From Candidatus Peregrinibacteria bacterium GW2011_GWC2_39_14 (GTDB lineage Bacteria > Patescibacteriota > Gracilibacteria > UBA1369 > UBA12463), in the NCBI GenBank assembly GCA_000993595.1, contig LBWJ01000009.1, positions 5,935-69,934 of the forward strand: 64,000 bases of DNA, written 5' to 3'. Positions 33,499 to 42,729 of the stretch are shown here, piece by piece. Made by a program: the position numbers and the translations under genes. Position 1 is the stretch's first letter; the number at the start of each line of letters is the position of its first letter. Below the pieces are notes generated by a model. That model saw only the letters and a program-made list of their open reading frames with translations, ran no database searches and was not told the origin of the DNA.

Positions 33499-35787
33499 TT
33501 AGCGATTTAATTTACCATCAAGCACTCTTCGAACTGCAACTCTGGCCATGTGTGCCCAATATGTTGGTCCGCCGAATCTTTTTGCCGCAATAACTCCGGC
33601 CATGGCAAGAGTCAAAGCTGCGCTTGATAGGTCGCCTGCGTGAATGCGTGTATTGACTGCGCAACCGCCGCCACCGCCTTTGTCTGCCGGTTCGGCTGTG
33701 TATGTATCTTCGCCTGCTGTATCTGTGCCGGTTAGCCCTTCGTCGCCGCCGGAAACGTCCGCTTCTGCGCCGCCTTCATCGCCTGTGGCTTCTTGGACAG
33801 CCTCCTCGACGGCTTCTTCAACAATTTCTTTAACTTCAGCCGGAGATTCGGGATTTTGTTCTGGTTTTGGTTCGGTCGTATCTACACCTTCTGCTACATC
33901 AACGCCTTCAACAACTTCTCCGGCCACTTCTTCAACCACGTCAGGATCAACGGCTTCAACGACTTCAACGGCTTCAGCTGGACCTTCGACTTGTTCGGGC
34001 TGCGTTTCTTCAACTTGTACAATTGTTTTTTGTGTATGAATTCTCATCCATGTTCCGGAAATTGCAAGCGCAACGCCTTCATCGCCTGTCTGTCCTTGAT
34101 ATGGCTCGTCCGATTGTGGGAAATCAACACCTGCTGTGTCCGCATTATCCGCGGAACCTTCGCCCATTTCGATTATGAAATCTGTTCCTTCGGGAATAAC
34201 AACTGTCATATCTTCAGAAGCAGATCCTGTGCTTGTGATAACGACGTCGGAATCCTGAGGGACGGAAACGGTTACCGGGTCCCCTTGAATCACGTCCGCG
34301 TCTCCAAAAACCGTATGACCCGGAGTTGTCTGAACTTCGTCCGAAGTGCCATATAGCTCTTGAGTTGAAGCTGAAACATCGGCCGGATTTTGACATGCGT
34401 CACCGATGCCTGTACCGGTTGTATCGATCTGTTCCTTGTTTGGAACGGTTGGGCAATTATCGATAGAATCAATTACGCCGTCTCCATCTTGGTCAATAAC
34501 AGCTTCACATGCATTTCCGACTCCATTGCCGTCCGTATCGAGTTGGTCGTTGTTTGGAGTGGCCGGGCAGTTGTCGTCGAAATTATTGATTTGATCGCCG
34601 TCTGTGTCGGGGGCGGATGCGAAAGAAACTATTCCATCATAACTGATACCTGTAACAACTGAGCTTGTAACGCCATTGTTTGTATCGAAAACAAAGTGAA
34701 CCATTTTTGTTTTTCCACCTGTATTTTCCTTTTGTGCAATGTCTAGAACATTTGGATTCACTCTTGAAAAGCCACCAATCATTGTTCCGCAGTTTGGGAC
34801 TAATGCGTGGAGAGTTGCTTCCGGAACTGCGATTTGAACGCCGGCGGAAGGGTTGGAGATGTCGAGGGAGTAAATGTTGTCGTTCATGCCAGACATAAAC
34901 CATAATTCGCTTGTGCCTGGGCGGATGCCGAAAGAAGCTTGCAAACTTTCTATCGAAACAATTTGTGGCTCTATTGAAAGATCTGTTTCGCTATATATTA
35001 ATATTTTATCTATAGTCATCGCTACAACGTTCCCATTGTACACAACTGTTTGCATAACCGAACCTGTCCCTATTCCACCTGGCAATTGAGCTTTCCCCGA
35101 TTCAGCATATTGCCCTGGTGCGGTTTGAGAAAAACGTTGAAGAAATCTCTGGTCTTTAACGTTCGTCCCAGCATACAAATAGCCACTTGAATCAAAATTC
35201 ACAGATGAAACGTATGGTTGTGCGCCACTAGCTTCTTTTGGATTTGGGATAATTCTTGTAGTGCTACCATCTGCAAATGTTAAAACTATCTTTGCTTCAT
35301 TTGGATAATCCGGCTCTGACACAGCAAACGTATCGCTTGATTCATCTCCTGCTAAATACGCTGGGCCGTTTATATCACTCGTTGCCGATTGCTCTACTAA
35401 AGTTTTTGGATCTCTAAATGATATTCTGCCTGGATCACCGCCTAAAACGGCACCAAGTTTGTTCCCTGTAAAAGCAACTTCATTCGCTCCATATTGTCCA
35501 CCTGCAGGTACAGCAACTCCGGCTGAAACAACTCCGTCTGTAACGGTTATCGCTCTTAAATTTCCACTTTCATCGGCTGTTACGATTCTATCTAATTCTT
35601 TTCCGAAAACATCTCTTGAAATTGTACCTGCTGCAAAAAGAGTCATAAGAATTCCAATTGCCCTTATCGATCCTGATGAATTTACTCTGTCAAATTCTTC
35701 AGCCGGCATACCGCCAACTTTTAAATATTCTTTAGCCTCATCGGCTAAACTAGGTCTATTGTTTTGTGAGTTTGGCGAATTAATCAT
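33499..35787 (-). CDS. Large surface protein with thrombospondin type 3-like Ca-binding repeats and a C-terminal hydrophobic anchor
   Basis: 762 aa. DTDGDQINNFDDNCPATPNNDQLDTDGNGVGNAC and DQDGDGVIDSIDNCPTVPNKEQIDTTGTGIGDAC are TSP3-like. There is an acidic V/E-rich tract and a C-terminal GGGGGC plus TM helix plus basic tail. Confidence 0.7.
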   Translation of the reverse strand: MINSPNSQNNRPSLADEAKEYLKVGGMPAEEFDRVNSSGSIRAIGILMTLFAAGTISRDVFGKELDRIVTADESGNLRAITVTDGVVSAGVAVPAGGQYGANEVAFTGNKLGAVLGGDPGRISFRDPKTLVEQSATSDINGPAYLAGDESSDTFAVSEPDYPNEAKIVLTFADGSTTRIIPNPKEASGAQPYVSSVNFDSSGYLYAGTNVKDQRFLQRFSQTAPGQYAESGKAQLPGGIGTGSVMQTVVYNGNVVAMTIDKILIYSETDLSIEPQIVSIESLQASFGIRPGTSELWFMSGMNDNIYSLDISNPSAGVQIAVPEATLHALVPNCGTMIGGFSRVNPNVLDIAQKENTGGKTKMVHFVFDTNNGVTSSVVTGISYDGIVSFASAPDTDGDQINNFDDNCPATPNNDQLDTDGNGVGNACEAVIDQDGDGVIDSIDNCPTVPNKEQIDTTGTGIGDACQNPADVSASTQELYGTSDEVQTTPGHTVFGDADVIQGDPVTVSVPQDSDVVITSTGSASEDMTVVIPEGTDFIIEMGEGSADNADTAGVDFPQSDEPYQGQTGDEGVALAISGTWMRIHTQKTIVQVEETQPEQVEGPAEAVEVVEAVDPDVVEEVAGEVVEGVDVAEGVDTTEPKPEQNPESPAEVKEIVEEAVEEAVQEATGDEGGAEADVSGGDEGLTGTDTAGEDTYTAEPADKGGGGGCAVNTRIHAGDLSSAALTLAMAGVIAAKRFGGPTYWAHMARVAVRRVLDGKLNR

Positions 35788-35836
35788 TTTTAATTTTATT
35801 AAAGGAGGTTATAATACTATATATTAACCTTGTTTG

Positions 35837-37135
35837 TCAAGGCTTTTGATAAATATAATCAAAGCCTGTTGGGGTTTCATAAATATTAGCTCTGATCATA
35901 TGCCTGAATCCGCCTGAATAACCTTCTCCGATAATCACGGGAATGCCTGATATTTGACTAGTTCCTGCAGCTGGGCTCCCTCCGTTTGTTTTGTATAAAA
36001 TTTGATATTCAAGATTTGGGATGCTTGTATCACCGTCGCTTCCTACAAAATAATGCTTGCCTGCAAATGGAAATTCGAGGGTGAGACGGAGATAAGGATT
36101 CTCGATGCCAGATGGTGGTAATTTTAGTGCACTTGAAATCTTTGTCGTAGTTTTACTGTTACCAATTTTTAAATTTCCTAAATGTTCAGTGTTGCTTTGG
36201 TCTAATACTATAAAGTCTGCCTGATCCTCCCCTATATTTATTTTCAATGAAGTTATATTTGAGCCATTAAACTCTTTCCCTTTTGTAAAATTCTTCAATG
36301 GTATCATATAATCTCCATCCTCCTCCGTATATAACCCCCAGTTTACAATCGTATTCGTTTGCTCTGGCGCATACATCACGTACCTCTTTCCCGCTTCACA
36401 CATCCCCGCTCCTTCATATATCAACTCTGCTGTGGTAGGGCCATTGCCTTGATCGCCACTTGGACTTTTTATCGCTTTCGCATCACATGCCGTGCGAACC
36501 CTGACTTGAAAATCCGTGAATGTAATTTGCGTTCTTTGCCCTGCGCTATCAACCCCATATAAAGGAATTTCGATCGCTGAGTCGTTGTCTTTTAACTTAT
36601 TCCAATTGCACGGATGATCTTGAGGCTTGCCCATACCGCCACTACTTATGGTTTTTTCGATGTCTGCCGCTATGGCGGTGCCTTCTGTTGTAGAAATATA
36701 TCTCATTAATGATGCTGTAAACTTCTTCATATCTGTCGGCGCATTATATGCGTCACAATCCTTGCCGGCGGTCCCTGAACCCGGGAACGGATACGAGCTC
36801 CAAACTTCATTTTCATTGTCTGTGATCTCGTTCATCAAACCTTCGTCCGCACCAACTCCAAGCACTTTCCACTGCATATTTCCCGCACCTTCTTCGTCTT
36901 CGTCAGGCGCGCCGGACAAAACTCCTTCGCCCGGATGCTGATAATTGTATAAAGCCCTACTCATTGCGGTCTCCGCGTTATAGAAGGCTTGATTTGATTT
37001 ATATGAACCGCCCGTGCTTTTTGCCATGTTTGTCGCGGTTTGCGCAATAGTTGTGGATATCGTTAAGAATGCCATCATAAAAATCAAAGCGACGATTATA
37101 GCAATACCGGAACGAGATTTTGCGTTCCTTTTCAT
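35837..37135 (-). CDS. PilX-like / type IV pilin-like protein
   Basis: The preferred start is MKRNAKSRSGIAIIVALIFMMAFLTISTT, a PilX_N-type hydrophobic N-terminus. The ORF track extends the frame to 37201 through the G10 tract. Confidence 0.6.
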   Translation of the reverse strand: MKRNAKSRSGIAIIVALIFMMAFLTISTTIAQTATNMAKSTGGSYKSNQAFYNAETAMSRALYNYQHPGEGVLSGAPDEDEEGAGNMQWKVLGVGADEGLMNEITDNENEVWSSYPFPGSGTAGKDCDAYNAPTDMKKFTASLMRYISTTEGTAIAADIEKTISSGGMGKPQDHPCNWNKLKDNDSAIEIPLYGVDSAGQRTQITFTDFQVRVRTACDAKAIKSPSGDQGNGPTTAELIYEGAGMCEAGKRYVMYAPEQTNTIVNWGLYTEEDGDYMIPLKNFTKGKEFNGSNITSLKINIGEDQADFIVLDQSNTEHLGNLKIGNSKTTTKISSALKLPPSGIENPYLRLTLEFPFAGKHYFVGSDGDTSIPNLEYQILYKTNGGSPAAGTSQISGIPVIIGEGYSGGFRHMIRANIYETPTGFDYIYQKP

Positions 37136-37161
37136 GTTAACGGCTGTTATAAAAAGTTTTC

Positions 37162-37761
37162 TTAAGAGTGAAAAGCCTTTGTCCCCCCCCCCTCGTACCA
37201 TCCGACCGTCGCGACAACGGTCAATCTATCTTCCAGCAAATCAACTTCATCATGCCTTATTTCAATCATTCTATAGAATGCGGTATCAACGATTTGCCCG
37301 CGATACGAATTTTTATCCACAAGATAATCGTTTGCAAAAACCGAGTCCTTATTGATTTTAGTTAATTTTATTCCAAAAGTACCGGGCATAAAATCCGGTT
37401 CCAATTTATATTTTCCTTCAAATGTTTTACCCGTTTCGCATTTAAAGCCATACGTATATTGATCAAAATCCCAGCATTTTTTGTCGTATTTAATCGAATT
37501 TGCATCCAAGACCACCCTGATTGCATCAATGCCTTCGGTCAAAAAACTTTGCGCCACTAAATTATTTCGCGTTGCGACAAAGGAGCTATTTACTTTGAGA
37601 ATCATAAAAATAAGCGCGCCAATACCAATAGATACAAACAATAAAACGCTTAAAATTCTGAAATACTTGAAATTAAAAGGATTTATCATTTTAACGAAAT
37701 TATACAAAAATATTCTAAACCTCGACTCGTGTATTTGCAATGATTTTCTTGCTTTTTCCAC
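37162..37761 (-). CDS. Membrane-anchored hypothetical protein, possibly minor-pilin-like
   Basis: 199 aa in the track. An internal Met at about 37689 gives MINPFNFKYFRILSVLLFVSIGIGALIF with a single TM helix. The C-terminus reads through the G10 tract. Confidence 0.5.
   Translation of the reverse strand: MEKARKSLQIHESRFRIFLYNFVKMINPFNFKYFRILSVLLFVSIGIGALIFMILKVNSSFVATRNNLVAQSFLTEGIDAIRVVLDANSIKYDKKCWDFDQYTYGFKCETGKTFEGKYKLEPDFMPGTFGIKLTKINKDSVFANDYLVDKNSYRGQIVDTAFYRMIEIRHDEVDLLEDRLTVVATVGWYEGGGTKAFHS
37183..37192. repeat. Homopolymer C10 (G10 on the coding strand)
   Basis: Confirmed from both ORF translations: ..YEGGGTK.. in one frame and MVRGGGDK.. in the other. Confidence 0.9.
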
Positions 37762-37776
37762 GACTTAAGCACGTAC

Positions 37777-39435
37777 TCATGGCTCAATCGCACCATCCAT
37801 CTCATTCATAAAACCCCATTCATTCCACTTCCAAATTCCCAAAGTCTTTGGCGTGCAATTTGGCAAATCCGAATAATCCCCTTCATACGTTACTAGCACC
37901 GGAAATTTTTCATTTGGCACGGTTTGAAATTCAAATGCGCAATTTGGTTTTGATAAATTTGATGACTGCCAAACGGCACTTATTTTTTTACCCTTATAAT
38001 CAAAAACAAAGAAATGATTGCGTACCGAAGGATCGTTTTTAGTCACCCAAAATGGCTTTGATGGGCCAAAATTTCCCGATTTCCAAACTGACATATTCAA
38101 GTCGGGAATGGAATCACCCGTGGAGTCCGCGATTTCGAAAGAATCCACAAACCAAACTTCCGACGACTGCCAAATTTGCTGTGAATTTTCCGAAACCGTT
38201 AATCTGCCATCCTTTAAATCGTATGTTTCTTTTACACCATCTTTATCCAAATCAAAATCTTTATGCGTTTTTTCATTGATAGCTAAAACCGTTGAAAAAA
38301 TGTTTGTTTTTTTGGTGTCGTAATAATGGTAGCCTTCCTGATTTATAAAAACCGAATCGGCATTTGTTTTTACGAAACGCGTTGAATTAAGCAAATTTTC
38401 TTTGTCTGCTGCGGAAAATAGGCGTGGCTGTGAATAATCCTCAATCAAAATCGGCTCAAAATTAATGGATGCAACGCCCGCTTTAGTAAAATCAATTTTT
38501 GCAGTTAGGCCCTCTCGAGTTTCCCGCGACCACATCTGATCAAATACAAAATTTCCAAGGCTATATAAAATATATTTTCCTTTATATTTTTCGACATCTT
38601 GAATCACGTGCGGATGGTGACCGATCACAATCTCTGCCCCGGCATCAATTGCGGCATGCGCAAAATTAACCTGCCTTGTGCTTGGATGCGGAACGTATTC
38701 AATTCCCGAATGCATTGAAACAATAACAAAATCCGCATTATTTTTCGCGTCTTTCACAGCTTTAATCATCTCATCTTCGTACATGGGATTCGTTCCTGCA
38801 TTTGTATCCCACGCAAAATAAGATTTTGGCACGACATCCAAATCATTATATGCGAGAAATGCGAATTTGAAGCCGTTTTTTTCGATATAAACAGGGGCGG
38901 CGGCTGCGGTTTTATTAAGCCCTGCACCTGCAAATTTCACACCCGCTTTATCCAAACTTTCAAAAGTATCTTTCAAACCTTTTTGTCCAAAATTCGGCGT
39001 GTGATTGTTTGCCAAAGATATAATTTCAAAGTTCATTTTCTTTAACACGGAAGCATTTTCGGGATCGGCTCTGAACGACATTTCGCCCGTGACCACAGGC
39101 CTTCCCGGCGTTATTGCAGTTTCAAGATTTCCAAATGCAAAATCCGCGCTCTTTAAATATTCCGCAGTCCTTAAAAATGGATATTCGTAATTTTTATTGG
39201 TACGCATTTTCTGATCCACAACGCGTGAAAGCATGATATCGCCAACCGCAATCATGGAAACTTTTTCAGGATTACTTGCGAGTTCGCGCGCTTCTTTAAA
39301 CTCCTTAAATTCATCTTTTAAAACTCCTTGTAGGGTAATTTTTTCGCGAACTTTCGGATATTTATAAGTGATTACGCCTGCACCAATCACAACTGCAATA
39401 GTTATAAGCGTAACCGCTATGAATTTTTTATACAT
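37777..39435 (-). CDS. CapA-family (PGA_cap metallophosphatase-like) protein with a C-terminal extension
   Basis: 552 aa. Contains MIAVGDIMLSR, FAFGNLETAIT, ISLANNHTPNFG, VSMHSGIEY and VIGHHPHV. Confidence 0.85.
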   Translation of the reverse strand: MYKKFIAVTLITIAVVIGAGVITYKYPKVREKITLQGVLKDEFKEFKEARELASNPEKVSMIAVGDIMLSRVVDQKMRTNKNYEYPFLRTAEYLKSADFAFGNLETAITPGRPVVTGEMSFRADPENASVLKKMNFEIISLANNHTPNFGQKGLKDTFESLDKAGVKFAGAGLNKTAAAAPVYIEKNGFKFAFLAYNDLDVVPKSYFAWDTNAGTNPMYEDEMIKAVKDAKNNADFVIVSMHSGIEYVPHPSTRQVNFAHAAIDAGAEIVIGHHPHVIQDVEKYKGKYILYSLGNFVFDQMWSRETREGLTAKIDFTKAGVASINFEPILIEDYSQPRLFSAADKENLLNSTRFVKTNADSVFINQEGYHYYDTKKTNIFSTVLAINEKTHKDFDLDKDGVKETYDLKDGRLTVSENSQQIWQSSEVWFVDSFEIADSTGDSIPDLNMSVWKSGNFGPSKPFWVTKNDPSVRNHFFVFDYKGKKISAVWQSSNLSKPNCAFEFQTVPNEKFPVLVTYEGDYSDLPNCTPKTLGIWKWNEWGFMNEMDGAIEP

Positions 39436-39450
39436 ATTTTTTCAATCGAT

Positions 39451-41829
39451 TTACTGCTTTGATTTTCCAACGAATTCTTTTGTCCAAGCTGGTTGCTCAG
39501 GTGGAGTTTGTGGCTTAATTGACTCGTCTTCCGGGCCGTTTGGTTGATCGCCCATTCCCATAAGCGTTCTCCATTTTTTATCGGTCAAACGATCATTCAT
39601 TGGCCAAGTGAATTCATAATATGAATAAATTCCACCTCTTGTGAGTCTGAGCTTTCCGTCAATCGGCACAACCGCATAAATTGTGAAAATTCTGCCGGTG
39701 CCTTCTTCAAGCACACTTCCGTTTGGATCTGTTGCGACATCAGCAACAATTGCCGCAGGATTTTCATTTAAGAAAACGTCCCGGCTCATTTCCGCCATAT
39801 CTTCTTTGTTTACCTCATACCAAAAATGCTCGAGTTGTCCGCCATAAGATCTTATTAATTCATACTCCTCTTCCGTTAGCTGAACTTCTTTTAATTCTTT
39901 TTCTGAAATTGTTTTTAAAGATAATGCGAGCGTTTCCATTTTATTCAAGCTTTCAACCATTTCTGGACTAATAATTGCGCGCATACTCAAGCCTTTTTTC
40001 GTCATCTTCAAAAGTGATGCAAGTCTTGCGTATACATATGGATTTGGTTCGACATAACCGCGATCATCTTCTTTATTTTCTTCTCCACCGCCGCCACCAA
40101 GCTCTGCATAAACCTGCTTTGCATATAAAATCGTATCGTGTTTAAGCTCTGTCCAGCTTCCAAAATATGTATTCATTTCCTTTGCGACCCATGCCAAATT
40201 TGTCATGAATGAAGGATAGCCTTCGTTTTTTTCTGTTGTTAAAGGCAAGATCGAATACAACCATCCCCAATATAAATTCTGTGTCCAAATATCTTGCTTC
40301 AATCCCGCGACATATTCTTTCATCTTCTCCATATTATTTGTGTAGTTTGCGAATTCCGTATCTTTAGCTTCTTTAAGCAGGCTATAGGCGTATTTGGAAC
40401 CCATCGCCGCAGCTATATCAAGCGACTTCGGCAGCATTCTTTTTTCGCCCGCCGGATTTTGATCAACATCTCTATAAACTAATTTCTGAAAAATCGCGGC
40501 ATCAATTGTGAATCTCTGCCCCATAAATCTGAAACCTGAAATTTCCTTTTCTCTATCCGGCTGAATATCTGCATTGAAAATCGGCATTGAATTTATTTTT
40601 GGAGGTTCAAGGGTTTTGAGTGATTTTTTTACTGATGCAAATTTGTCTTTATCTTGCGCGATTATTTTTACATCCGGATTTTTACCATAAACCTGCTCAA
40701 CAATATCTATCACTTGATAATATGTGACATCATCACTTTTTCCGACAAAGAACGATGTTGGCTCATAAATTTTATCCCATGGTTTTTTGTTTTCATCTTT
40801 ATCTAAAGCCAAAACAATGAGTATTGCGGATCTGATTTCATCATCACTTTTAAAGCGGAATGTGAGTCTTCCATACCACATCATTGATTTAAAATACGCT
40901 TTTAATAATTCCGTTTTATCATAATGTCCGCGTGGAATATATTGAGTATAATCTTCTTTTAATTGATCAACTGAAAGCGGACCTTGTGGCGAATTTGAAA
41001 GCTCTCCCGGCTTTGTTCCAATGTTCATTACAGGCGATTCCTTAATCCCTTCATGCTTATCGATGAATGCGAGCTCCGCATTAACTTCATTCGCAACTGC
41101 GCTTGGAATTTGAGTTGCAGAATCCATCAATTTTCCGCCAACCGCAAAAAATCCCATGTTTCTTTTTGATGCGTTTTCAAAATCCGATCCTGCAAGTAAT
41201 TCGCCTTGTGCAAGCGATTCTTTAAGCATCCCTGCATTCAATGTTTTTAATTCCGTTGCAAGATATTTTTCTTCGAGTTGCTTTAGAAGATGGTCAAAAA
41301 GTAAATGATAAGTGTGCAAGATCGAATCCGTTGTTACAAAGCTTGGCGTTTGATTGTATCTATTTTGCTCATAAATACTAAAAAATTCCTTGTAGTAAGA
41401 ATAATTGGCGACGAATGCGTTTTTAACCATCATAGCTTTTGAGTCATCTGTCATATATTCCACGTCTCCTTTTAAAGCTTTATTTATCGCAACATTGGAA
41501 AAATCAGTTGAGACTTTATATGGCTTAACAGCAGGCGTCACATCAACTTTAACCTCTTCATAATCTGCAAAATTTTGTGCACCCGCAAGTGCCGGTTTAA
41601 AAATTTGACCCGCGGTTTCATCAATTGGTTGCGGGATATTGTCCGTTGGCGCCGGTTTTAGATATTTAAAATATGCAAATGCCGCACCAAGGCCGATTAT
41701 AACAACTAAAAGCCCTATAATAATCCATTTTAAAGCGCCTGATTTTGGCGAATCTGAAGGCGTTTGTGGCGTTTGCGAATTCTGCGAGGCAGGATTTTGT
41801 GTCGGCGTGTTGTTGTTTTGGTTTTCCAT
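39451..41829 (-). CDS. Large membrane-anchored exported protein, DUF3160-like
   Basis: 792 aa. An N-terminal TM helix follows a Q/P/S-rich head. FVTTDSILHTYHLLFDHLLKQLEE is reminiscent of DUF3160 proteins, from memory only. Confidence 0.5.
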   Translation of the reverse strand: MENQNNNTPTQNPASQNSQTPQTPSDSPKSGALKWIIIGLLVVIIGLGAAFAYFKYLKPAPTDNIPQPIDETAGQIFKPALAGAQNFADYEEVKVDVTPAVKPYKVSTDFSNVAINKALKGDVEYMTDDSKAMMVKNAFVANYSYYKEFFSIYEQNRYNQTPSFVTTDSILHTYHLLFDHLLKQLEEKYLATELKTLNAGMLKESLAQGELLAGSDFENASKRNMGFFAVGGKLMDSATQIPSAVANEVNAELAFIDKHEGIKESPVMNIGTKPGELSNSPQGPLSVDQLKEDYTQYIPRGHYDKTELLKAYFKSMMWYGRLTFRFKSDDEIRSAILIVLALDKDENKKPWDKIYEPTSFFVGKSDDVTYYQVIDIVEQVYGKNPDVKIIAQDKDKFASVKKSLKTLEPPKINSMPIFNADIQPDREKEISGFRFMGQRFTIDAAIFQKLVYRDVDQNPAGEKRMLPKSLDIAAAMGSKYAYSLLKEAKDTEFANYTNNMEKMKEYVAGLKQDIWTQNLYWGWLYSILPLTTEKNEGYPSFMTNLAWVAKEMNTYFGSWTELKHDTILYAKQVYAELGGGGGEENKEDDRGYVEPNPYVYARLASLLKMTKKGLSMRAIISPEMVESLNKMETLALSLKTISEKELKEVQLTEEEYELIRSYGGQLEHFWYEVNKEDMAEMSRDVFLNENPAAIVADVATDPNGSVLEEGTGRIFTIYAVVPIDGKLRLTRGGIYSYYEFTWPMNDRLTDKKWRTLMGMGDQPNGPEDESIKPQTPPEQPAWTKEFVGKSKQ

Positions 41830-41902
41830 TATTAAAAAAGTTAGTTGGTTATATATAAAATACTATATTCGACGACTTCCTCCAAATAACTTTTTGCGTT
41901 TT

Positions 41903-42655
41903 TTATTTCGCAGGAACTTCCGGTTCTGCCGGTTTTTCTGCCGCAACAACCGGGGCCGTTTCTGGAGCTGCTTCCGCGACTGCCACTGGAGCTGCTTCCA
42001 CAACTGCCGGCGTTTCTTCAACCACAGGCGCAACAGGTGGAACGACTTTTTCTCCTGATTTTTTCTTATCTATAGCATCGATAATAAATGTTCGCATTGC
42101 CTCTGCGGATCCCTTTGTTAAGCCATCAATGTGAGGTTCAACTTCCGAATAAGTAACGCTTGAAAAATGCAAATCCTGTAAGCCGAAAAGTTTATCTATG
42201 AAGTCCTGATTGATAAAAACATCTTGAATGTGCTCATATGGAATCGCTATTTCGTTCTGCGTAACTGCGCCTTTTCTAATCATTATGCATTCGGCTGTAA
42301 AATCGTAAAAATATTTACCAAAATATCTTTTTTGATAAAAATAAACCGCTGCAAAAATAACGATTGCGACGATAAATATACCAAAACTAAGCAATCCAAG
42401 GATCAAGCCAAGGTATTTTATTTTTGAACCGACTGAAGCGATAATCGGAAGCACGATACCGCCAAAAAGAAATAAAATAAGAATTGCGAGACCGGCGTAT
42501 TTAACAGTCTTCTTCATTATCTTCTTTGTACTAAGCGGAAAAGCCGCTCTTGTTGGACTCATATCAACTTCCATTCCGGGAATTTTTGGCAAATCAACTG
42601 GCAATTTAATGTCGGGCATTTTAATGTCAGGCATTTTGATTTTTGGGGTTTCCAT
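41903..42655 (-). CDS. Membrane protein with a bacterial PH (YdbS/YdbT-like) domain and an A/P/V/E-rich tail
   Basis: 250 aa. Two TM helices are followed by YFYDFTAECIMIRKGAVTQNEIAIPYEHIQDV. Confidence 0.6.
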   Translation of the reverse strand: METPKIKMPDIKMPDIKLPVDLPKIPGMEVDMSPTRAAFPLSTKKIMKKTVKYAGLAILILFLFGGIVLPIIASVGSKIKYLGLILGLLSFGIFIVAIVIFAAVYFYQKRYFGKYFYDFTAECIMIRKGAVTQNEIAIPYEHIQDVFINQDFIDKLFGLQDLHFSSVTYSEVEPHIDGLTKGSAEAMRTFIIDAIDKKKSGEKVVPPVAPVVEETPAVVEAAPVAVAEAAPETAPVVAAEKPAEPEVPAK

Positions 42656-42729
42656 ATAAAAATTTTATTAACAAAAATAGAACTTAACTGGAATTGTAAG
42701 TTAAAATGGACAATAAATCAAATTTGCTA

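Noticed and set aside
33644-34356. Several long plus-strand ORFs (131, 187 and 103 aa) antisense to the TSP3 surface-protein gene
   Set aside because: They lie entirely inside the acidic V/E/A/T-rich low-complexity part of a well-supported minus-strand gene. They translate to low-complexity S/T/P or F/N-rich strings. They are shadow ORFs caused by compositional bias.
35837-37201. The track's N-terminal extension MVRGGGDKGFSLLRKLFITAVN of the PilX-like protein
   Set aside because: The extension overlaps the upstream ORF and precedes a much more typical pilin-like start (MKRNAKSRSG plus hydrophobic helix). It is kept only as part of the G10 frameshift hypothesis.
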